64,000 nucleotides of DNA, taken from a virus. Under the pieces are notes generated by a model. That model ran no database searches, was not told the DNA's origin, and was given only the letters and a program-made list of their open reading frames with translations. Position numbers and translations under genes: made by a program. The stretch is taken from positions 10,021 through 74,020 of the IMG/VR virus record IMGVR_UViG_3300017748_000003; one strand, given 5' to 3'. The first letter of the stretch is position 1; each line of letters opens with the position of its first letter. Below are positions 57,112 through 64,000 of the stretch, piece by piece.

Positions 57112-58758
57112 TTATTTAGTAGCTACGCTGCGCCTACGAGGACGCTTAGCCTTCTCAATAGATTTAGGATTCGCTTCTTCTTCTAGGGTAGATGATGCAG
57201 GCTGAGCATTATGCTCTGCCCACGTTAACATACCGTTAAAATCATCAGCAAACGCCACGCTAATAGGCTTCATCTGCCCTAGCATATCTGCAATAAGTGC
57301 GCCCGACATCTTAACCTTGGTATGAAAGCTATGCTTCTTAGCTTCAGATACAGCGGCTTCCAACTCAGCGGACACGAATCCTTTAGAAGCATCTATAGCG
57401 AAGTTAAGGTCCTTAATGTTCTCGGGATCACACTTACGCTTTTTAAGGTGAATTCGAAGAACGGCTTCACGCTCTTCTCTGTTAGGCGGTAGCACTGCGA
57501 ACACTTCGTCCATTCTACCTTTACGCAAAAGTGCGGGATCAAGACCTTCATGCCTGTTAGCTGTAAACATCCAGAATATATCTTCCGTAGCCTCTTGCAT
57601 CTCAGTCAATAAGATCTGAAGCACACGTTTAGAAACTCCAGAGTCTCCTGACGAATTATGCGCCCCTCCAAGCCCTTTATCCACCTCATCTACCAGAACT
57701 ACGCAAGGAGCCATAGCCTTAATCTGATTGACTGCCGATCTAGTATTACCTTCTGACTGACCTACGAGCGATCCGAAAACCCTAGATATGTCAAACCTAA
57801 TAAGAGGCATACCAAAGATATTAGCCACTGCTTTTCCGAAAAGAGTCTTACCCGTCCCAGGAGGACCGATAGCACTAATTCCCTTAGGCGTATCTACCCC
57901 CGCAGCCTTAGCTTCTTCGGTAAAGGCATCTTTAGCAATCTCAGCCCATTGCTTAATCCGATCAAGACCTCCAACCTCGCTAATGTCAACGGGTGACATA
58001 AGTTCAAGTATATCAGACTGTTTAACCACCTCAGTCTTTTGATTTAAGACTGTTCCGTTATACGAATCAAAAGAGATGTTATGCCAATCACCCTCTTCTG
58101 GCTTATTTTCTACAATAGCCTTAGAGTAAGATACTTCGCATTCCATTTGAGTCATACCCCCAGACCCAGCTACAAGCTGATCATACTCCGAGTCTGTAAA
58201 CATCTTAGGGACTTCTTCATTAGGCGGCGTAGAAGACTCAATAACATACTGTAAAATATCCCGCCTCTCATCGGAGTTAGGAAGATCAAAGTCTTGTATA
58301 GGTATATCGTGAGAAAGCTCTTCTGGTAAGTTCTCTGTCTCAGGATTTACTATAATAAGCCTGACCCTAGGTAGCTCAGACATATCTCTTACATAATGAC
58401 GCAAGCACTCAATAATACCAGGATGCTGCTGCTTATTAAGCCAAGGATGCAGCGCGTGCATAACAAAGATACCTTTATCCTTTGCAGCCCCACCCCCAAC
58501 GCCTAAGATCCACTTCATAGCTGAGAATGGATCAAGTATCTCTTCCTTACTTGGTGTGCTGTCTGGATCGTCAGAAGGTAATCTCGTAATCCATCCGTCT
58601 CGGATATTCCACAAGTTAAAGGGAAGGTCCTTAGTAAAAGCGTATTCCTGTAAAGCCTCAATAGCTCGGAAAGGTTCGCGTGTTCTAGTGTAAATAACGC
58701 CTACTCCGCTACCGCAGAGAACACGTATCTTGCTCTGATATAACTCGTTGTTTTTCAT
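57112..58758 (-). CDS. Ycf46-like AAA+ ATPase
   Basis: Degenerate N-terminal AAA domain, VGGL..IK.W, GPPGTGKT, LVGQSE, VDEVDKG, TAN..LDPALLRKGRMDE. Confidence 0.9.
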   Translation of the reverse strand: MKNNELYQSKIRVLCGSGVGVIYTRTREPFRAIEALQEYAFTKDLPFNLWNIRDGWITRLPSDDPDSTPSKEEILDPFSAMKWILGVGGGAAKDKGIFVMHALHPWLNKQQHPGIIECLRHYVRDMSELPRVRLIIVNPETENLPEELSHDIPIQDFDLPNSDERRDILQYVIESSTPPNEEVPKMFTDSEYDQLVAGSGGMTQMECEVSYSKAIVENKPEEGDWHNISFDSYNGTVLNQKTEVVKQSDILELMSPVDISEVGGLDRIKQWAEIAKDAFTEEAKAAGVDTPKGISAIGPPGTGKTLFGKAVANIFGMPLIRFDISRVFGSLVGQSEGNTRSAVNQIKAMAPCVVLVDEVDKGLGGAHNSSGDSGVSKRVLQILLTEMQEATEDIFWMFTANRHEGLDPALLRKGRMDEVFAVLPPNREEREAVLRIHLKKRKCDPENIKDLNFAIDASKGFVSAELEAAVSEAKKHSFHTKVKMSGALIADMLGQMKPISVAFADDFNGMLTWAEHNAQPASSTLEEEANPKSIEKAKRPRRRSVATK

Positions 58759-58846
58759 ACAATGGTTGGGCCTCTACTATGCCCGTTATTAGCTTAGCAC
58801 AAATACGAATCTTTGCAAGCTAAAAATACAAAGTTTTTACTGTAAC

Positions 58847-59077
58847 TCAATCACATTCAATTCTTCTAGATCTAACTGCTTTAACTTTAGGTGTCTCCAG
58901 AGGTTCTCCCTCCGTGTTCTGAAAAGAGAAGGTTTCAGCTTGCATATCGTAAAGAACTTCTGCATTAGAATCCTCCGAGAAAAGAGACAGTTGTTTCTTT
59001 GCAGCTACTAGCACTTCACACCCCATATTAATAAAAGTGTCTAATAGTCTATCGCTAAGTATAATAGGTCTAGGCAT
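58847..59077 (-). CDS. hypothetical protein (leaderless)
   Basis: ATG 5 nt after -10 of promoter 59083-59110. Confidence 0.55.
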   Translation of the reverse strand: MPRPIILSDRLLDTFINMGCEVLVAAKKQLSLFSEDSNAEVLYDMQAETFSFQNTEGEPLETPKVKAVRSRRIECD

Positions 59078-59188
59078 ACTACACGTTAGCACCTATCCGA
59101 ATCTTTGCAAGCAATAAATAAAAATGTTTTCTCTAAAACTTAAGTTTTCACCTCAGTGAAAATAGGCTATACACGAAAACACTAACTT

Positions 59189-59686
59189 TTACTTATCGCC
59201 TAGCGTAGATACCTGCTGCTCTAGCAGTCTTAAACGATCATCAAACTGATCAGACTTATCAACGTTATCTTTTAGGTCCTGAGAAATAACATTAATACCG
59301 GACATAACATTCTCATACTGTCCGTCAAACCTAACAGCGAGTTTATCGTCTCCAGAGTTCATAGCCCATATCCCCACTCCTCCAGCGGCTCCAGTAACGG
59401 TAATACCGATACTAACCATCGCTAACAAAGTAGATAAGGCTAACCCAATACCCCAAGTAACATATTTAGTAGCTATATGATCCTTAGATGCTGCAACTTG
59501 GCTAGTGCTAGTAATGACTTGATCCATCTTAGTAAAGAGGATATTCATATCAGAGCGCATACCCTCGACAGAGCTAGTAGTTTTAGCCACCTCAGTCTTA
59601 AGCTCACCTACGTCTACTTCGACGCGATCCATTCTGCGTCCAAGTTGTGCCGTAGTCATATTAGTATCGCTTCTTGCAGTAGGCAT
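59189..59686 (-). CDS. membrane protein with coiled coils (lysis-associated?)
   Basis: Coiled coil, TM segment, coiled coil; follows endolysin. Confidence 0.55.
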   Translation of the reverse strand: MPTARSDTNMTTAQLGRRMDRVEVDVGELKTEVAKTTSSVEGMRSDMNILFTKMDQVITSTSQVAASKDHIATKYVTWGIGLALSTLLAMVSIGITVTGAAGGVGIWAMNSGDDKLAVRFDGQYENVMSGINVISQDLKDNVDKSDQFDDRLRLLEQQVSTLGDK

Positions 59687-59740
59687 ATCAGTCTGAAGTT
59701 GTTCTGTCGCCCTTCAGATTTTTAGTAATAATATGCCATT

Positions 59741-60625
59741 TTATCTACTATCTGCAAGCGAGACTGTAATCTCAGGAGCAGAAGTTACACCTTTTTTAAA
59801 ATTAGGTCTACTATACGCATCTCCAAAGAGATTAACATACCCCACAAGGCTAGCTTCACTTTCTCGTCTAATAGAGTGCTTAAAGCGATTTCCCACGTTA
59901 CCCTCAAGCGCATTAAACCTAGAACCATCATGGTCTACACGAACTACAGCAGCGGCATGACCTGCTCCAGCCAAACGACCACTGCTTTTTAGGCCACCCT
60001 TATAGTTATAAATAGCAATATCACCAGGCATAGGCTCATAATCCAGCTTAGGAAATGAGCAATCACGAACGACTGCTTCATTCCAAAAAGTAGAGCAATG
60101 AACGTGCATAGCCCCCAAAGGTGCGCTATTAAAGGTTTCTTTCCAAGCGTAGCTAAGTGCCGCTAAGCACCAATAAATGCCGTAAGAGAACCCGCATGAA
60201 TTGCATATAAGGGTAACATCACCTCCGTAATTAGATCCATCAGGAATTTCCTTAATACCATCCTTGTGCATCTTATAGAGAGTAGACACGAACCTCATTC
60301 GCTTATCGCTCTCAACTACAGCAGTCTCTTCGGTAGGTATAAAATTACGCTGAGCACTACCGTTAGGATTATGTAAAGCCCACCACGTATTAGGTCCCAC
60401 AGCACCATCAACTGCAAGAAACTCACCGTCTTTACCAATGTGAGTATTCTGAAAATACCTAACGGCCTCTTCAGTAAGACTAAAAAAATTTCCGAGAGGA
60501 GTCCCTTTAAAATACCCTTCTCTCTGAAGTATAGTCTGAACTAATTTAACGTCTGCGCCACGACAGCCACGCCGCATAACCCTACCTAGTTTAGTAGGCT
60601 CTACATATTGTCGGACTTGGCTCAT
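59741..60625 (-). CDS. endolysin: peptidoglycan-binding domain + CHAP domain
   Basis: G..G.DV..VQ..L, T..AV..FQ, VDG.VGP.TW; YWC, PGDI, GH, EGN. Confidence 0.85.
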   Translation of the reverse strand: MSQVRQYVEPTKLGRVMRRGCRGADVKLVQTILQREGYFKGTPLGNFFSLTEEAVRYFQNTHIGKDGEFLAVDGAVGPNTWWALHNPNGSAQRNFIPTEETAVVESDKRMRFVSTLYKMHKDGIKEIPDGSNYGGDVTLICNSCGFSYGIYWCLAALSYAWKETFNSAPLGAMHVHCSTFWNEAVVRDCSFPKLDYEPMPGDIAIYNYKGGLKSSGRLAGAGHAAAVVRVDHDGSRFNALEGNVGNRFKHSIRRESEASLVGYVNLFGDAYSRPNFKKGVTSAPEITVSLADSR

Positions 60626-60642
60626 ACTAACGGAACCTTTAA

Positions 60643-60692
60643 CTTAGCAAAACCCCCCCAACTCCTTATAAGAGTATAGGGGTAATGCTAAG
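60643..60692 (-). terminator. long hairpin / terminator between holin and endolysin
   Basis: CTTAGCATTACCCC...GGGGTTTTGCTAAG. Confidence 0.55.
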
Positions 60693-60715
60693 AGATTATT
60701 TGCACGAAGGGCAAA

Positions 60716-60904
60716 TTAGTTGCTTCCTTGCGAAGATCCTTTTGCTCCGGCATCAGCAATGCCCTGACCAATTAGGTAAGATGCGACGAGTCCTACGAAG
60801 TATTGAACTGCATCAGCAGATAGCCCCAACTCAACTCCGAGCGTAGTTACCGCCCCAGACAAAATAAGAACCCACAGCTTTCTAGATTTAAGTTTCTGCA
60901 CCAT
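60716..60904 (-). CDS. putative holin
   Basis: KLKSRKLWV, two TM segments, YLIGQGIAD. Confidence 0.65.
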   Translation of the reverse strand: MVQKLKSRKLWVLILSGAVTTLGVELGLSADAVQYFVGLVASYLIGQGIADAGAKGSSQGSN

Positions 60905-60992
60905 AGTATTAGTAGTTAGAATTAATAGGTCTCCAGCCCAGAAAAGGCTTAGTAAGAGACTTAAGTAAAGTCTAAGGTCAGGGTAAAAATAG

Positions 60993-61601
60993 TCAAGTTT
61001 CTTTGTAAGATCTCCAGCAGTCAGGGACCCCTAAAAGATCATAATCCTCTTCAAACCTACTGTGAACAATACGAGCACTTTCAGAATCGTATAAACCAGA
61101 CAGATCAGAGGGCTTAGTAGTAGAGGCATTAAGCCTACCTAATTCAACAGGAGGTATGCCAACCTTATCGCATATTACACGCCACTTCTCGCTAATATCA
61201 TCAAGCAAGAAAATATCATCAACGGCTATGTTGCCGTCCCAATCTTTCCAGTAAAAACAATGAGCACTTAGCTCTCTAATCCTAAAGAAAGGCAAGTCTT
61301 TTACGTAACTTTTAACCCAAGCTCTAAAATCAGAATCGTAAGGAATTTTATGGGCATTGCCTTCCTCTAAGCCATCTCTCCAGTAAAAGAACAGGCTTGC
61401 CGTTACTTCTAACGGATTTCTTCTAAAAGAGAAGGTGTAATACTCATCAAACTTAGGAACTACCTTAATTAAATTATGCAGCGGCGCATGATCCATACCT
61501 GGTATCACTAAAACGCCAGCCTCGATAAAGGCTTCCTTGCGAGATGTCCCTCCTGTCTTGGGAACGTGTATATCAGAGAATCTGTGAGAAGCGGAAACCA
61601 T
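60993..61601 (-). CDS. Sulfotransfer_2 family sulfotransferase
   Basis: IHVPKTGGTS (5'PSB), RRNP....S (3'PB), F.EDY..LG. Confidence 0.8.
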   Translation of the reverse strand: MVSASHRFSDIHVPKTGGTSRKEAFIEAGVLVIPGMDHAPLHNLIKVVPKFDEYYTFSFRRNPLEVTASLFFYWRDGLEEGNAHKIPYDSDFRAWVKSYVKDLPFFRIRELSAHCFYWKDWDGNIAVDDIFLLDDISEKWRVICDKVGIPPVELGRLNASTTKPSDLSGLYDSESARIVHSRFEEDYDLLGVPDCWRSYKET

Positions 61602-61605
61602 GCAC

Positions 61606-62226
61606 TTACCACCCCTTCCAAGAAGGAGGAATGCCTAAGATTTCTACGTCTAAAGCAAACCTCTGCCTAACTATTTCTGCGGTAGACATATTGTAGTAGT
61701 TCATAAACCTTTTATGACCAAGACTCTTAACTTTCTTCTTAAGAGTAAGGGTAATATCACCTCCATGACTACCTACAATATCAAGGAACTCAGACTTTCT
61801 ATCCTCAAACAGAATAATGTTATCCACGATAATCTCCCCGTTATCGTTCTGCCAGTATTTAGTGTGATTAGATAAGTGAGGAGCATTAGCTGGGCTATCA
61901 GGGTCTTCTCCAAGCCTATTAATCCACTTGTTAAACCCCTTTTGCATTTTACTTGGAACTGGTCGATTAGACTTAGCCGCCTTCTTAAGCGAATTCTCAT
62001 ACCAAGAGACCATATATTCCAGTGGATTACGCCTAACTGAATAAGTGTAACACTCAGCATACTCCTCAGGCCCAATAAGCTCAGATACCTCAGAAGCAAC
62101 TAAATGAGGGTTATCCCTTGGCTGTAATCCAAAATCTTCTAAATTACTCAGATATTCTCTCCTAGAATTAGATCCAGTGTGAGGAACAGATATTTCTACG
62201 ATTTTCTTATCTTGGCAAAAGATCAT
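61606..62226 (-). CDS. Sulfotransfer_2 family paralogue (5'PSB Lys replaced by His)
   Basis: SVPHTGSNS, VRRNP...VSWY, F..D...LG. Confidence 0.7.
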   Translation of the reverse strand: MIFCQDKKIVEISVPHTGSNSRREYLSNLEDFGLQPRDNPHLVASEVSELIGPEEYAECYTYSVRRNPLEYMVSWYENSLKKAAKSNRPVPSKMQKGFNKWINRLGEDPDSPANAPHLSNHTKYWQNDNGEIIVDNIILFEDRKSEFLDIVGSHGGDITLTLKKKVKSLGHKRFMNYYNMSTAEIVRQRFALDVEILGIPPSWKGW

Positions 62227-63509
62227 AATAGTATTGAGTTTTTAGCTTCAGTGAAAGATAACTCAGCAGCGGAGTAAATCGAGTAATTTTCTTGAGTAAC
62301 TATAGGGGTTATCTGGTGTATGTGTAAAGACTTGATATTACTAGGAGGTTCGCTACCTCTCCAAATACCATGATTATGTAGGGTGCTAAATACTTGAGTT
62401 CTGTATTTTTGAGGGATTTTACCCATGCACCACTGCTCATAAAAGCCGCCTACGCCCTCACGATAAAGATCAATCCAAAACTCAACCAGATCAGGATTGC
62501 TAGTTAGTAGGTATCCCGCATTGTAAAACCCGTCACGCTCTACTATGCACTTTCTCCTACCGTCATAAACATCTGTTATTTTCTTAAAAGGATTATCCCA
62601 ATAAAAAGGTGACAGCACCGCATCGCATTCAGTAAACGACTCTGACGGATCAGAGCAAAAAACAATATCAGAATCAAGAAGCAGCACGCCCTTTCCCTCT
62701 AACCGCTCTACTTCTTGCTTAAGAGCCATAAGCTTCCACATAATAATATCCGGCTTCCAATAATCGCTCTGATTAGTTAAGTTCTTAAGCTCAGCCCTTG
62801 CCAAAGATAATGATTCTGTAGTGATAGTCTTAAAGGCATTAACAGAAGGCATATCATACTTATCCTTTAGCTTAATAATCTCAGACTCAACTATTTCATC
62901 GCAATAAACAGATATTGGCTTGCCTCCAGTAAAGTAAGTCCAAGTAACAAGTAGTGGCTCAAGATCAGGTAACACGCCTGAGTCCATAGCTACCACAGCA
63001 CTATCTACACTAAGTGTGTCTGTAGAGCATTCCCTAGTAACTCCTACGCCGTAATGAGATTCTGTAGGGCATCCCTCAATAGTTTCACCGTTAATAAATT
63101 CTTCTCTCTTGCTTTGCTTAAGAAAACTTAAGTCAAGAGCAGAATACTCAGCATAATCTTTAATACTATGACTAGGCTTATCTTTTACTCTAAGAGCGGG
63201 GTCATAAGTTACTGCTATGCCTCTAGATTCAGCAGCCTCAGATATTAACCTAAATAACGGCCTATCTTCATCAGCCTCAGTCATAGAATCAACAGCACCA
63301 TATAACTTTAGGCAAAAATCAGACGGTATAACTACACAAGACGGTGAGTGTATAGTTACAGAAGCATAACTATCCATTTGAGAAATTACGTGATCCCCTC
63401 CGCATAAGAAAACACCGCTATGCCCGTTCTTATGCGAAACTACCAGTGCTTCACACACCGCCTTCCTAGCACCCTTTCTTAGTATAATTGCTTTAAGAAA
63501 GTCTTTCAT
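62223..63509 (-). CDS. glycosyltransferase-like protein (C-terminal GT-A domain)
   Basis: W.K....K, LLDSDIVF, YNAGY, YEQ, HNHG.WR. Confidence 0.65.
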   Translation of the reverse strand: MKDFLKAIILRKGARKAVCEALVVSHKNGHSGVFLCGGDHVISQMDSYASVTIHSPSCVVIPSDFCLKLYGAVDSMTEADEDRPLFRLISEAAESRGIAVTYDPALRVKDKPSHSIKDYAEYSALDLSFLKQSKREEFINGETIEGCPTESHYGVGVTRECSTDTLSVDSAVVAMDSGVLPDLEPLLVTWTYFTGGKPISVYCDEIVESEIIKLKDKYDMPSVNAFKTITTESLSLARAELKNLTNQSDYWKPDIIMWKLMALKQEVERLEGKGVLLLDSDIVFCSDPSESFTECDAVLSPFYWDNPFKKITDVYDGRRKCIVERDGFYNAGYLLTSNPDLVEFWIDLYREGVGGFYEQWCMGKIPQKYRTQVFSTLHNHGIWRGSEPPSNIKSLHIHQITPIVTQENYSIYSAAELSFTEAKNSILL

Positions 63510-63526
63510 AGACTACATATAAGCAA

Positions 63527-64000
63527 TCAAGAAGGTCCATCACCGGAGCAAGGTTCTCCGCAGTCAGGGTCTGGGTCGCACGGCTGAGCCATAGTAATAG
63601 ACGCAGAGTCACTAAGATCTGGGCTATTAGACTTCCAAGCACTAGCGCGAATGCCATGAGACGCACCCCACTGAAGCTCGCCACTTTGATTAATGTTAAC
63701 TGTAGTAGTAGTCCCGTGACTCATAGTCTCATTAGCATATTGAACGCCTTTGTAGTAAACCTTAACAAACCACAAATCGCTAGGATCATCAGGATCAGAC
63801 AAGCTAACCGTAACGCTATTTACAGTATATGGGTAAGGATTATCTACAGCCGATTCGTCACACTTACGACCACATTCATCTTCCCCAAGTTCAAGACAGC
63901 TAGGTATATTGTCACTAGGGACTCCTAAAGTTAACGATGCGTTAGTAACCTTTTTAGGTATTCTAATTTTTCTGCCATTACCGCCGCCACCGCCACCGCC
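63527..64000 (-). CDS. 5'-truncated Gly/Cys-rich protein (possibly tail-associated)
   Basis: Frame open from window edge: GGGGGGGNGRKIRIP...CLELGEDECGRKCDE... to stop at 63527. Confidence 0.6.
   Translation of the reverse strand, partial: GGGGGGGNGRKIRIPKKVTNASLTLGVPSDNIPSCLELGEDECGRKCDESAVDNPYPYTVNSVTVSLSDPDDPSDLWFVKVYYKGVQYANETMSHGTTTTVNINQSGELQWGASHGIRASAWKSNSPDLSDSASITMAQPCDPDPDCGEPCSGDGPS

Larger units (their letters stand above)
614..60714 (+). repeat. dispersed quasi-palindrome TTGCAC-N3(4)-GTGCAA, ~24 copies
   Basis: Copies start at 614, 3687, 6599, 10656, 13087, 14465, 15699, 17206, 17591, 17766, 18414, 19234, 23841, 26715, 31239, 37122, 40436, 43887, 46170, 49044, 53956, 55107, 57096, 60700. 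Confidence 0.9.

Noticed and set aside
60643-60692. Resemblance to the T7 Tphi terminator (TAGCAT.ACCCC...GGGGTTTT..GCT)
   Set aside because: The central sequence differs and there is no phage RNA polymerase in the window; treated as an ordinary hairpin, not vector contamination
614-60714. Palindrome as a sigma54 promoter or NtrC site
   Set aside because: Lacks the invariant GG, and the spacing to GC is 2 nt short for TGGCAC-N5-TTGC; the spacer differs from TGCACC-N5-GGTGCA; it would also point antisense to all genes
1-64000. Stop-codon recoding suggested by abundant TAG/CTA
   Set aside because: The standard code gives dense, full-length genes, and TAG terminates several of them (ligase, portal, PolA)
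1-64000. tRNA genes, integrase, att sites
   Set aside because: None recognisable by eye; lifestyle cannot be settled from this window

Overview
A 64-kb segment of a tailed dsDNA bacteriophage with HK97-type head genes; essentially all real genes are on the minus strand. From right to left (the transcription direction) the modules are: a truncated Gly/Cys-rich protein; a glycosyltransferase with two sulfotransferases; holin and CHAP endolysin; a Ycf46-like AAA+/DUF1257/DUF2997 module; a replication block (initiator with iterons, degenerate DnaC, DnaB, UDG-fold-fused PolA, primase, SSB, SF2 helicase, RecA, resolvase, Cas4-like nuclease, HNH, RNase H); a large candidate DNA-hypermodification region (methyltransferase, GREB1/TAGT-like GT, three GT paralogues, HxD..H oxygenase, IbrA/IbrB, another GT, two ParB-N proteins) running directly into TerS/TerL; a region of one-promoter-one-gene cassettes around a ~1-kb non-coding stretch; ligase, tandem GroES and a spanin-like pair; then portal, head and tail genes. 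The gene list does not explain four signals. (1) About 24 copies of a same-orientation quasi-palindrome TTGCAC-N3-GTGCAA spread every few kb, often abutting stop codons. (2) About 20 copies of a TTGCAA-N16/17-TAnnnT promoter, mostly giving leaderless mRNAs. (3) Shared Arg-rich terminal tags (C-terminal RSI[DE]L; N-terminal RKRRA) on unrelated proteins. (4) Several structured intergenic RNAs. No integrase, tRNA or CRISPR array was seen. All family calls come from motif recognition by eye, not database searches.
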